Origin: Candidatus Latescibacterota bacterium
Lineage (GTDB): Bacteria; Latescibacterota; UBA2968
Direction: 5' to 3'
DNA: 64,000 nt
Assembly: GCA_965204745.1 (NCBI GenBank)
Contig: OZ242010.1
Span: 1,056,001 to 1,120,000, forward strand
In this document: positions 48,950 through 59,827 of the stretch, piece by piece
Layout: each line of letters begins with the position of its first letter
Position numbering within the stretch: the stretch's first letter is position 1
Made by a program: the position numbers and the translations under genes
Notes under the pieces: model-generated
The model's database searches: none
Told to the model about the DNA's origin: nothing
What the model saw: only the letters and a program-made list of their open reading frames with translations

Positions 48950-49654
48950 TCAACGCAATGGGGATTCCCATTGCGAAATGAGTGCCACGAGCGCCGGGGC
49001 GACGATGAGTGCGGGCAAGTAGTTGGCAACGCGGATGCGGGCGAGATCGAGCAAGACAAACCCGATGCCCAAGACCATCAAACCGCCTGCGGCGACCATT
49101 TCGGCGATCATCGCCTCGGTCAATACCTGGTCGAGATGCCCTGCCATCAAGCTGATGCTGCCCTGCACGATGAGAATGGTGCATGCGGAAAACGCCACGC
49201 CCAATCCAAAGCCCGCGGCAAAGGTCAGGGCGACGAAGCCGTCGAGCAGGGATTTGATCGCCAAGAGTTGGTAATCTCCGGTCAACCCATCTTGCAACGC
49301 GCCCAAAACCGTCATCGGGCCGACGCAAAAAATCAGGCTGGTGGTGACGAACCCCTCGCTGAAGCGGTTGTTTGAAGACGCGCCAAAACGCGCTTGCAAC
49401 GCATTGCCCAAGCGGTCGAGACGCGCGTGAATATCGAGCAATTCGCCCGCGATGCCGCCAATGACCACGCTGACCAAGGTGATGATCACGCGGTCCGTCT
49501 CAAAAGCCATCTGCAATCCGACAATCAGGGTGAACAACCCCAACCCCTTCATCAGGGTTTCGCGGACGCGCTCGGGAAACCGCTTGCCCAACACAAGCCC
49601 CAAGCAACACCCGACGAGCACGGTTGCGATATTGATCCAGGTTCCGGTCATCAC
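48950..49654 (-). CDS. DUF554 membrane protein
   Basis: GTWIN, FCVGPMTVLGALQDG, KSLLDG, NYLPAL. Confidence 0.9.
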   Translation of the reverse strand: MMTGTWINIATVLVGCCLGLVLGKRFPERVRETLMKGLGLFTLIVGLQMAFETDRVIITLVSVVIGGIAGELLDIHARLDRLGNALQARFGASSNNRFSEGFVTTSLIFCVGPMTVLGALQDGLTGDYQLLAIKSLLDGFVALTFAAGFGLGVAFSACTILIVQGSISLMAGHLDQVLTEAMIAEMVAAGGLMVLGIGFVLLDLARIRVANYLPALIVAPALVALISQWESPLR

Positions 49655-49675
49655 TTATACCAATTTGTTGACCTA

Positions 49676-51220
<1,545 letters not shown>

Positions 51221-51350
51221 TCAGATGGCACACACAGGGCCACACGCGCCACTTTAAGGCGTCTCGGAGGCGTCAACCATTTTTTGCGGCGACAACGCAT
51301 CTGGCGCATGGTCATACTCCAAAAAGTTATCGTGCGTGTTGGCTTTGTTC

Positions 51351-51379
51351 AATATATCGCTTCTCGTGCGTTCTGTCAA
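51351..51379 (-). promoter_or_regulatory. Sigma70-type promoter for guaB
   Basis: Minus strand TTGACA-N17-TATATT. Confidence 0.65.
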
Positions 51380-51604
51380 TAGCCTTGCCCGGTGAAAGGG
51401 AGCCACAAAAGGCACGAGCGGGGTACAACTGGCGATAGCCAGTTCAAAGGCACAAAAGGCACGGTTCTGCCAATAGTCTTGCCCGGTGAAAAGGGGTTGA
51501 CACTTGTCTTTGCGGATTATATTTTTTGCACAACTCGTGTTAGGATATACCGGGAACTCTGCGACTGCGCGTCACGTTTAATCATGGCAGGGGCGGATTT
51601 TGGC

Positions 51605-51633
51605 TTGACAGGCTTTTTTTTCTGCGTTACATT
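51605..51633 (+). promoter_or_regulatory. Sigma70-type promoter for the TPR-exb operon (second candidate at 51497-51525)
   Basis: TTGACA-N17-TACATT. Confidence 0.6.
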
Positions 51634-51692
51634 CTTTGCCCTTAACCCGTGAATAATGACCGCGTATCGTTTTTTTGATGGAGATTGGGACC

Positions 51693-52886
51693 ATGATGAA
51701 TTTGAAATTTCGACCCGGGTTTGCGGCTTTGCTGTGCGGCATTTTCGTTTTTGGCACGGCATCACTTGGTTTTGCCGAAGAAGAGAAAACCGAGATGACA
51801 AAGGCCGATTCTATCAGTATGGGCAATCGGCATTTGGGATGGGGCGACAGGTATCTCAAGAACGGGCAATACGAAGATGCGGAAACGCAGTTGTTGAAAT
51901 CGTGGGGGTACAATCCGACACGGGCAACCACAGCGCGGCGTTTGGGCAAATTGTACAATCAGCTCGAAAATTACGAGGACGCCATTACTTGGTATCGGAA
52001 AGCCATCGATCTCGAACCCAAGAGCAAGTACACCAAAGGCGTGTACCTCGCATTGGCCAGCATATACGTCATTCGGGAACAGCCGGAAAAAGCCATTGGA
52101 TCTTATGAAGCCTTGCTGACATTCAACCTCGAACCCGAGGAACGAGTCCAGTGTTACCACGCCTTGGTCGGCTTGAATGTCGATATTCAGAACTATGAGA
52201 CCGCGTTGGAGTACGCCAAGAAATGGGGAAAAATAAAGCCCGACGATCCCGACGTGCGGGATATGATCGGCAAGTTGCATCTGCAAACAGGCGGCGAGGA
52301 CGAGGCCCTGGCCGAAATGGAAAAAGTGCTGGAGATCGACCCCGAGGATTACGCCACGCTGGAAAAAGTGGCGGGAATGTACCAAAGAAAGGGCGATGAC
52401 GACTTGGCCTTCAATGCCTATGAAAAATTGTATCAGAACGATAACACGAGCGTTTTCTTTTTGGAAAAGACCATCGAATCGGGCAAGAAGGTGGGCAAGC
52501 CCAAGCGTTGGATCATCGCTCGGCTCGAACTATTGTACAAAAGTCAGCCCGACAATTTGGGGGTGATCGAGGAACTCGCCGATTTGACGGGCAGTCTCAA
52601 GTGGGTCAATATCGGAATAAAAAAAGATCCCCAAAATGGCATATACCCCTATATGAAGGGCAATCACTATCATAAAAGATGGGAAAACGCAGGTGCAAAA
52701 CAGGATTCTATCAATGCGTTGACATGGTATAAAAGGGCACTCAAAGACCCGCAGTGGAAGAACAATGCCAACGCGCAGATCCTAACACTCGACCCGCCCC
52801 TGACCGAAGAGGAAAAGAAGCGTCGGGAATTTTTTGGTGGCAGCAAACAGAAAAAGGAGGAGGTGAAAACAGAGGGCAAGCGGTAA
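51693..52886 (+). CDS. Secreted TPR protein
   Basis: Signal peptide; multiple TPR motifs. Confidence 0.85.
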   Translation: MMNLKFRPGFAALLCGIFVFGTASLGFAEEEKTEMTKADSISMGNRHLGWGDRYLKNGQYEDAETQLLKSWGYNPTRATTARRLGKLYNQLENYEDAITWYRKAIDLEPKSKYTKGVYLALASIYVIREQPEKAIGSYEALLTFNLEPEERVQCYHALVGLNVDIQNYETALEYAKKWGKIKPDDPDVRDMIGKLHLQTGGEDEALAEMEKVLEIDPEDYATLEKVAGMYQRKGDDDLAFNAYEKLYQNDNTSVFFLEKTIESGKKVGKPKRWIIARLELLYKSQPDNLGVIEELADLTGSLKWVNIGIKKDPQNGIYPYMKGNHYHKRWENAGAKQDSINALTWYKRALKDPQWKNNANAQILTLDPPLTEEEKKRREFFGGSKQKKEEVKTEGKR

Positions 52887-52944
52887 GCGGACTGAGTTCG
52901 TAATCCATTCTTTCTCACTATACCCCTAACTCGGGAGATGCAGC

Positions 52945-53565
52945 ATGGTCGATCTTTTTATTAAGGGCGGAAACTTTATGTATCCGCTGTTGGTGATGTT
53001 GTTTTTTGGCATCGTGGTGATTGCCGAGCGTTTTTACACCTTGTTTAAGGCGCATATCAATGCCAAAGAATTTATGGTGGAACTTCAGGATGTCCTCAAG
53101 CAGGACGGGCCGGAAGGTGCGGCTGAACTGTGTTCCAATACGCGCGGCCCGGTCGCCACGGTGTTGCACGCGGGGCTGTTGCGGTTGGATCGCGGCATCG
53201 AACACGTGGAAAAGTCGATTGAGGAATCCGGCGCGATAGAGATGGCATTTCTCGAGCGCGGGCTCGTGTGGCTGTCAACGGTTGCAAATCTGGCGCCTCT
53301 GGTCGGTTTTTTGGGCACTGTGTCGGGGATGATCCGCGCCTTTAACGATATTGCCGCCGCAGGCGATGTCGATCCCAGCGTCGTGGCCGGCGGTATTTCC
53401 GAAGCCCTGATTACAACGGCTTCGGGCTTGGTGGTCGCGATTCCGGTGCAGGCCGCGTACAACTTCTTCCTGTCGAAAATCGACAAGATCATTATCGACC
53501 TCCAAGAGAGTTCCAATCAGTTTGTCGATGACCTGATCCAGTTGGGTTACGGCAAGGAGGACTAA
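52945..53565 (+). CDS. exbB: MotA/TolQ/ExbB proton channel
   Basis: APLVGFLGTVSGMI.AF, GISEALITTA.GL. Confidence 0.9.
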   Translation: MVDLFIKGGNFMYPLLVMLFFGIVVIAERFYTLFKAHINAKEFMVELQDVLKQDGPEGAAELCSNTRGPVATVLHAGLLRLDRGIEHVEKSIEESGAIEMAFLERGLVWLSTVANLAPLVGFLGTVSGMIRAFNDIAAAGDVDPSVVAGGISEALITTASGLVVAIPVQAAYNFFLSKIDKIIIDLQESSNQFVDDLIQLGYGKED

Positions 53566-53568
53566 ACC

Positions 53569-53973
53569 ATGGCCCTTCAGAGACGCGAAAAATCTTCCCC
53601 TGAAATCCCCACTGGGTCTATGGCGGATATCGTGTTTTTGTTGCTCGTGTTCTTTCTCGTGACCACCACGATGAACCAAGACAAGGGCATCGGCATGCAC
53701 TTGCCGCCGCCGGGCGAGCAAAAGCAGATCCAGAAGAAGAACATTTGCAACATCTGGGTCAATGCCAATGGGGAGATTCTCATCAATCTGGAACAAAGCG
53801 TACCGCTGAATCAGCTTCGGGCGGATATCGAGCAGCGATTGGTGCAAAACGATAAGTTGATCATCTCATTAAAGGCCGACGAAGAAACGCCCTACGAGCA
53901 ATTCATCGACGTGCTTGACGAGATCAAGTTGTCCGGCGCAGATAAAATTTCGCTCGCCTCGCCCAGTGAGTGA
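53569..53973 (+). CDS. exbD: ExbD/TolR family protein 1
   Basis: SMADIVFLLLVFFLVTT, LKAD..TPY. Confidence 0.88.
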   Translation: MALQRREKSSPEIPTGSMADIVFLLLVFFLVTTTMNQDKGIGMHLPPPGEQKQIQKKNICNIWVNANGEILINLEQSVPLNQLRADIEQRLVQNDKLIISLKADEETPYEQFIDVLDEIKLSGADKISLASPSE

Positions 53974-54373
53974 GTTCGGGGGCGGTGTCTTGTAGGTGAT
54001 TTGTTGATTATTGTTGATTGTTGTTGCAGTTTGCAGTATCCAAATCCTGTTGTTGGCAAAAAGTCCTGACCATGTAAAACCCGAGGGTATAGCAGTCACT
54101 GTCACACGTCGACCCAGTACGAGGAATGTAGTAAGCGGGCAGTGTAAGGGTCTTTCTGGTAAGCAGTAAGCAGTTGTTTTTAAGCGTCTTCTCAACCGTT
54201 CTTTGAAGAAGTTGAGAAAGACTTTGGGGGTTCCACCCATTCTTGTATCCCGATAGGCTTGGCAACAATTTGAAACCAAGAACCAGCAGGGGGGAGTAAC
54301 GAGAATGCACTGGTTGAACCATTATTGGTTATCTGATAGTCAATAATGGTCAACAGAAAAGGAACAGGTTGTT
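53974..54373 (+). ncRNA. Candidate structured RNA of unknown family
   Basis: Lower GC, no credible ORF; several long stems with G-U pairs on the + strand (53992-54050, 54186-54222, 54238-54307, 54313-54354). Confidence 0.45.
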
Positions 54374-54781
54374 ATGAATTTTAAAAAAAAAGGCAGTGTC
54401 GCACAGAGCATCCCCACCGGGTCGATGGCCGACATTACGTTTTTGTTGCTCATCTTTTTTATGGTGTCCACGGTTTTTGTTCGGTTCCGCGTGTCCGGCA
54501 TCATCATGCCCAGGGCCGAGAAAATCGAGGAGCTCAAAAAACGCCGTCACATCAACTATTTGTGGGTTTCTGCGGACCGCAAGATCTTCATCGACGACAA
54601 GCTGGCAACTATCGATCAGGTGGCGGGGATCTTCTATGACCGCCGCGTCAAAGACCCCCGCATGGTCGTGTCGCTCAAATGCGACTACCGCGCACCTTAT
54701 GGATTGATCAGCAGTGTGATGGAGGAATTGCGAAAAGCCGATGCCCTGCGGATCAACTTTGCGACCAACCGAGAGGGGTAA
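54374..54781 (+). CDS. exbD: ExbD/TolR family protein 2
   Basis: SMADITFLLLIFFMVST, LKCD..APY. Confidence 0.88.
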   Translation: MNFKKKGSVAQSIPTGSMADITFLLLIFFMVSTVFVRFRVSGIIMPRAEKIEELKKRRHINYLWVSADRKIFIDDKLATIDQVAGIFYDRRVKDPRMVVSLKCDYRAPYGLISSVMEELRKADALRINFATNREG

Positions 54782-54784
54782 GCC

Positions 54785-55432
54785 ATGGCGATGATTCGAG
54801 GAAAAGCACCCGAAGCCGATTTGCGCCGCCGCTACAACAAGGTTTTTGGAATTTGCACGGCGATCACGTTTATCCTGCACACGGCTGTGGCCGTGATTTT
54901 TCCGACCTTTGAGGCGTCTGCGAGCAATCGCCAGAAGAAGCAACTCATCATTGAAAATGTGGACATTCCGGAAACGCGGCAGATCAAACGCCCGCCGCCG
55001 CCGCCCAGGCCCGCTGTGCCCATTGAAACCGAGAGCGACGACGTGCCCGACGATGTGACTATCGAAAGCACGGATCTCGATTTCGACGATGCCCTGGTCG
55101 ATTTGCCACCGCCACCGCCGCCGGGTTCCGAGGAAGAGGAGGAGGAAATCCTCGAGTTTTACATGGTCGAGCAAAAGCCGGAACTCGTGCATTCCGTCGC
55201 TCCCGCCTATCCGGAAATCGCCCGCAAAGCCGGGTTGACGGGCAAGGTGTTTTTGAAGTTCTTGGTCGATAAGACCGGTCGGGTCAGCAACGTGAGCGTG
55301 CTTAGGGGCCAAGAGATTTTCCGGCAAGCCGCGATCGATGCCATTTTGCAATTCAAGTTCAAGGCCGCGCAACAAAATGACAAGCCGGTTTCCGTTTGGA
55401 TGACGCAGCCGATTTCCTTCCGGCTGAATTGA
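54785..55432 (+). CDS. tonB: TonB energy transducer
   Basis: N-terminal TM, Pro-rich linker, YPEIARKAGLTGKV TonB C-domain. Confidence 0.88.
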   Translation: MAMIRGKAPEADLRRRYNKVFGICTAITFILHTAVAVIFPTFEASASNRQKKQLIIENVDIPETRQIKRPPPPPRPAVPIETESDDVPDDVTIESTDLDFDDALVDLPPPPPPGSEEEEEEILEFYMVEQKPELVHSVAPAYPEIARKAGLTGKVFLKFLVDKTGRVSNVSVLRGQEIFRQAAIDAILQFKFKAAQQNDKPVSVWMTQPISFRLN

Positions 55433-55447
55433 GGAGGCGGTGCGTAT

Positions 55448-55489
55448 TGCAAAAGGCCATTGTGCGAGATGGGCAATGGCCTTTTTGCA
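55448..55489 (+). terminator. Intrinsic terminator after tonB
   Basis: TGCAAAAGGCCATTG...CAATGGCCTTTTTGCA. Confidence 0.7.
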
Positions 55490-55576
55490 TCAATGCTCGA
55501 CCCACAGGCCGAAGATGCACTATGAGGCCATCCGCGTTGTAAGTCTTTGTCAACGTTCAAAATAGGAGATTTTTCC

Positions 55577-56767
55577 ATGCGAATGCGTTCCCTTCTCGCG
55601 ATGTTTTCCCTGTCTGTGCTGATGGCGGGTTCTGCCCTTGCCGTGAGTCCAGAATCGGCTGAAAAGTACAATGCCGGGCAGGAGTTGTTCAAAAAGAGAC
55701 GCTATCAAGAAGCACTCGGCGCTTTTGAAGAGGCCGTCAAAAGCGATGGCACAAACGCGCAGGCATATCGCGCGATGGGCAAGACCTATCAAAAGTTGCG
55801 AAATTACAAAGATGCCATCGAAGCCTTCAAGATGGCGACCTCCATCAAGGCGGATTACGCCGCTGCGTATTTTGAACTGGGCCACTTGCAGTTGCAGACC
55901 AAAGACAACACGGGCGCGCAGGCCAGTTTGAAAAAGGTGCTGGAGATCGATCCCAATTTTGAAGGAGGCAAAGCGCGGGCCATATTGAAGGCGGCCTATA
56001 CGAGAGAGGGCAACGCGTTGTTCACGCGGCGCAATTACAAGGCCGCGGCAACGCAATACGAAAATGCCACGCAAGTCGATCCGTCAGACGCGGGGGTGTT
56101 TTACAATTTGGGATTGGCGCGTAAAAATGCCCGTAGCATCAATGCCGCGCGCGAAGCACTCGAGACCGCCATCGACCTCAAGCCAGACCACGGCAGAGCA
56201 CATCGCGTTTTGGGCGATATCTTCAAGGCGACCGGCAAGAATAGCAGCGCGGCCCGTGCGTACTTAAATGCCATCAAAGCCGATGCAAAAGACACGACGT
56301 CCCGGTTGAAACTGGCAACGGTCTATCAGAGCATGAAGCAAAGTACCAAGGCGATTGCCGTGCTTTCAAAAGCCGCGCAGGTCGATCCCCAAAACGCAAC
56401 GGTCCACACGGCACTGGGCAAAGCCTATTCAGATACCAAACAGTACACAAAATCAATCGCCTCCTACCGAAAAGCACTGGGCATCAAAAATACGGCCGAG
56501 GCAAATTATCGCATAGCCGTGCCCTATTTTGAACGCAAGCAATATCAAAACGCCATCACCCACGCCAAAAAGGCCGTGTCTTCGTCCAAATGGCGCGTGC
56601 CCGCCAATGTTATTTTGGGCGATTGTTACCGCGAGCTCGGGCAAAAGGAAACCGCCATCTCATACTACAAAAAAGGCGTGGGGAATCGCCAATACAAGAA
56701 ATACTGCGAAGACCAAATTGATCGCATCCTCAATCCCATGGGCAGCGGAGAAGAAGAAGCCCAATAA
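55577..56767 (+). CDS. Secreted TPR protein
   Basis: AGGAG RBS; signal peptide; about 9-10 TPR motifs. Confidence 0.87.
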   Translation: MRMRSLLAMFSLSVLMAGSALAVSPESAEKYNAGQELFKKRRYQEALGAFEEAVKSDGTNAQAYRAMGKTYQKLRNYKDAIEAFKMATSIKADYAAAYFELGHLQLQTKDNTGAQASLKKVLEIDPNFEGGKARAILKAAYTREGNALFTRRNYKAAATQYENATQVDPSDAGVFYNLGLARKNARSINAAREALETAIDLKPDHGRAHRVLGDIFKATGKNSSAARAYLNAIKADAKDTTSRLKLATVYQSMKQSTKAIAVLSKAAQVDPQNATVHTALGKAYSDTKQYTKSIASYRKALGIKNTAEANYRIAVPYFERKQYQNAITHAKKAVSSSKWRVPANVILGDCYRELGQKETAISYYKKGVGNRQYKKYCEDQIDRILNPMGSGEEEAQ

Positions 56768-56808
56768 TGCTCGCCCCTCGCGGCGATTCTATCCCGATAC
56801 ACAACTCC

Positions 56809-56837
56809 AAAGCGGCATGCATTCCATGCCGCTTTTT
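56809..56837 (+). terminator. Intrinsic terminator
   Basis: AAAGCGGCATG-CATTC-CATGCCGCTTTTT. Confidence 0.78.
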
Positions 56838-56894
56838 GATTTAGAGGTCGCTATCAGCGATCAACAAAAGCTGATGGCTTTTCGGATCTGGGGC

Positions 56895-57372
56895 CAGAGG
56901 CTATCGGCGCGGTATTGGATAACGGACAACTGATTGCTTGAACGGTTGGGCGTTGCGCGGCCCTCTTGCCTCTTGCCTCTTGCCTCTTGCCTCTTGCCTC
57001 TTGCCTCTTGCCTCTTGCCTCTTGCCTCTTGCCTCTTGCCTCTTGCCTCTTGCCTCTCACGCCTTTTGGGGTTGGGTGAGGACTGAATGAATTGACGACT
57101 GACTGAGGACAGGCACAGGGGCCTGTCCCTTCGGGTGATGGGGACAGAGGCTATCGGCGCGGTATTGGATAACGGACAACTGATTGCTTGAACGGTTGGA
57201 CGTTGGGCGGCCCTCTTGCGTCTTGCGTCTTGCGTCTTGCCTCTTGCGTCTTGCCTCTTGCGTCTTGCGTCTTGCCTCTTGCGTCTTGCGTCTTGCCTCT
57301 TGCGTCTTGCGTCTTGCCTCTTGCGTCTTGCGTCTTGCCTCTTGCGTCTTGCGTCTTGCCTCTTGCGTCTCA
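56895..57372. repeat. Duplicated ~67-bp unit, each copy followed by a heptamer array (13x CCTCTTG; 22x mixed CCTCTTG/CGTCTTG)
   Basis: Unit starts at 56895 and 57145; arrays at 56962-57052 and 57212-57365. Confidence 0.9.
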
Positions 57373-57412
57373 CCTTTTCCCATGCCTTTCACTCCTCGCC
57401 AAAGGAGATGCT

Positions 57413-58192
57413 TTGACCTCCCTTGAAGCCATCCTCCTGGGACTCGTCCAAGGGCTGACCGAATTTTTGCCCGTCAGCAGTTCTGGGCATCTCGCATTGG
57501 CGCAGGCCATTGGAGGCATTCAACCGGGTGACGTCACTTTTGAAGTCATCGTACACTTCGGCACCTTGTTGGCCGTAGTCACGGCATTGCGGGGGCGAAT
57601 CGCGAACTTGGCCGTCGGGTGTTTGAGACGCGACCGCGCATCGTGGCGCACCGTCTCTTTGTTGCTGGTGGGTAGCGTTCCCGCCGGCGTCGTGGGCATT
57701 GCGTTCAAAGACGCGCTCACCGCGGCTTTTGCCAATCCCATGGCCGTGTGCGGGTGCTTGATTGCAACGGGATGTATCTTGTGGAGCACGCGCTTTGCGA
57801 CAGGCCAGCGTTTGGAAATGACGTTTTTAGACGCCCTGCTCATCGGCCTTGCCCAAGCCCTCGCCGTGTTGCCTGGGATTTCTCGGTCCGGGGCGACCAT
57901 TGGCATGGGGCTGTGGCGCGGGATAGATGGCCGCGAAGCCGCGACCTTCTCTTTTCTGATGTCCATTCCCATCATCTTGGGCGCGACGGCCTTGGCAGTC
58001 GGCGATTTGTTGGCCCAAACCCCGGCAATGCACGCGCTTTGGCCCCTGCTGATCGGCGCCCTCGCCGCTTACATATCCGGCGTCTTCGCCATTCGTTGGC
58101 TCTTGGGGTTGCTCAGCGGCGGGCGTTTTGCACACTTTGCCTATTACTGCTGGCTCATCGGCCTCTTGGGCATGGCGTATTTTGGAATGTGA
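57413..58192 (+). CDS. uppP: Undecaprenyl-diphosphate phosphatase
   Basis: QGLTEFLPVSSSGHL, PGISRSGAT, FSFL; AAGGAG RBS with TTG start. Confidence 0.94.
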   Translation: MTSLEAILLGLVQGLTEFLPVSSSGHLALAQAIGGIQPGDVTFEVIVHFGTLLAVVTALRGRIANLAVGCLRRDRASWRTVSLLLVGSVPAGVVGIAFKDALTAAFANPMAVCGCLIATGCILWSTRFATGQRLEMTFLDALLIGLAQALAVLPGISRSGATIGMGLWRGIDGREAATFSFLMSIPIILGATALAVGDLLAQTPAMHALWPLLIGALAAYISGVFAIRWLLGLLSGGRFAHFAYYCWLIGLLGMAYFGM

Positions 58193-58200
58193 GCACGGTT

Positions 58201-58587
58201 ATGAAATGCCTATTTCTCTGTTGCCTCGTCTTGCTCGGTTGCGGGGGCGACCCCATCTCGCCCGAGACCGATGTGCTGTCAAATTTCATGTCCATTGCCA
58301 ACGTGCGCCGCGACCCAATTCACAATGCAGCGGGTGACATCATCGGAATCGACATCTCCGCAGAAATCATCAACACAGGCCCGGTGCCCATCATCAGCCC
58401 TGTGATTATGACGTGGAAATTGCGCGGCCCAAACAGCGAAGAAATCGCCCGTGCAACCCACCGGTTCGCCAAATTCGACGCGGGACAAGCACAGGGCATC
58501 GCGCTGACCATGACATTCGCCCCGCGTGAGAATCTATTGGGTGTGCAAGATGTGGTGACGTTTGATTTTGAAGAGAGTAGTCAGTAG
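58201..58587 (+). CDS. Putative lipoprotein
   Basis: MKCLFLCCLVLLG-C lipobox; beta-rich mature part. Confidence 0.7.
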   Translation: MKCLFLCCLVLLGCGGDPISPETDVLSNFMSIANVRRDPIHNAAGDIIGIDISAEIINTGPVPIISPVIMTWKLRGPNSEEIARATHRFAKFDAGQAQGIALTMTFAPRENLLGVQDVVTFDFEESSQ

Positions 58588-58954
58588 TCAGTAGTCAGTT
58601 ACCCCGCCCACCCGCCGCACAAAACCACCACTCCCCAAGGCAACCGCTTCTAACCACTGTCTCTTACCTCTCCCGTCTTACCTCTCACCGAAGGGGGTTG
58701 GGTTCGGGCGGACTGACCCCTTGGGCGGTGGAGGGGTTGCTTCACCGCTCCCGTCTTGTATCTTCGGGCGAGCACAGGAGCATCGCCCCTACACACTGCT
58801 CGTCTTTGAACGGTCTATCGCCAGTTGTACCCCTTTTGTGCCTTTTGTGCCTTTGAACTGGCTGTCGCCAGTTGTACCCCGCTCGTGGCTAAAATCCCGT
58901 CTCCCGTCTTACCTCTCACCGAAGGGGGGCGGGGTGGGAACTGACCCCTGACTT

Positions 58955-59806
58955 TCACAACGCTTTCGCCATAGCAATGGCTTCGTGTTCGGACAGGTAG
59001 GGGATGTCTGTGCGGTCCCAGCTCCGTCTGCCGCTGACGCAGTGAATGCCCATGAGTTGTCGCTTTTGCGGGGTATCGGCCCAGGTGACGATGCTTTGCG
59101 GTGGGGTGCTGGCGATCCATTTCTTGACGAAAAAGGGCATGTACCCATAGATGACCATGCGCCGATCCCGCGCACTGGTATTGGCGCAACCCGTGTGCCA
59201 GCAGACCACGTTCCACAGCACTGCGTCGCCGGCATTGAGGGCCATTTTTTGCATGTTGGGCATGGTTTCCAAGGCGTCGCCGGAATAGGCTTCTTTGGGC
59301 GGATAGTCCGGGTTGGTGTGCGTGCCGGGCACGAGTGAAAAGCATCCCATGTCCGACGTCTGCTCGTCCAAAAAATAGAACACTTTGATTTTTAAGGTGT
59401 ATTGCGGATGCGTCCACGGGGGCCAGTCGCGGTGCCAAGCGGTGTGCGCTGCTGTGCCCGCGTGGTGGTTGTGATAGAGCATTTCCATCACTTGATAATC
59501 CGGGCCGACGATGTTTTCGACAAAGGGGATCACGCGGGGATTGTTCGCCAAGTCGAGAATGACCGCGTCCGTGTCGAAGTCTGGGCGAATGGTGTGCGCG
59601 TGCGGCCCGTTGCCGTACCCGTTTCGGAATTTGCCCAAGCGCAATTCTGCCTCGCGCTCGGGGCGGGTCTCGGCTTCGCGGCATTCAAATGCCCGGCGCA
59701 CGCGGTCAAGGCCGATGGGATCGACGGCGTTTTTGAGGACGATGTACCCGTTTTCGTCGTAAAAAGCGCGTTCTTCAGCGGTCGGCGGAGGATAGGGCGT
59801 TGCCAT
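58955..59806 (-). CDS. Phytanoyl-CoA dioxygenase family (PhyH)
   Basis: FYDENGY, WHRD, VPGTH, AGD...WH. Confidence 0.9.
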   Translation of the reverse strand: MATPYPPPTAEERAFYDENGYIVLKNAVDPIGLDRVRRAFECREAETRPEREAELRLGKFRNGYGNGPHAHTIRPDFDTDAVILDLANNPRVIPFVENIVGPDYQVMEMLYHNHHAGTAAHTAWHRDWPPWTHPQYTLKIKVFYFLDEQTSDMGCFSLVPGTHTNPDYPPKEAYSGDALETMPNMQKMALNAGDAVLWNVVCWHTGCANTSARDRRMVIYGYMPFFVKKWIASTPPQSIVTWADTPQKRQLMGIHCVSGRRSWDRTDIPYLSEHEAIAMAKAL

Positions 59807-59827
59807 GTCGTTCTCCTGAGATGAAGG

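Noticed and set aside
53869-54322. Minus-strand ORFs of 136 and 104 aa
   Set aside because: Antisense to an operon, one overlaps exbD, and neither has an RBS or recognisable motif
53974-54373. RNase P RNA, tmRNA or T-box identity for the exbD spacer
   Set aside because: Only fragmentary resemblance (AAAGTCC; minus-strand GGGTGGAACC; GCAAAC). No proper P4 partner or P1, no tRNA-like ends or ..AA tag, and no downstream gene for a minus-strand T-box
56854-57426. ORFs of RGKRQEA/LASCLLP repeats (also 14797-15235)
   Set aside because: Translations of stop-free heptamer arrays, not genes
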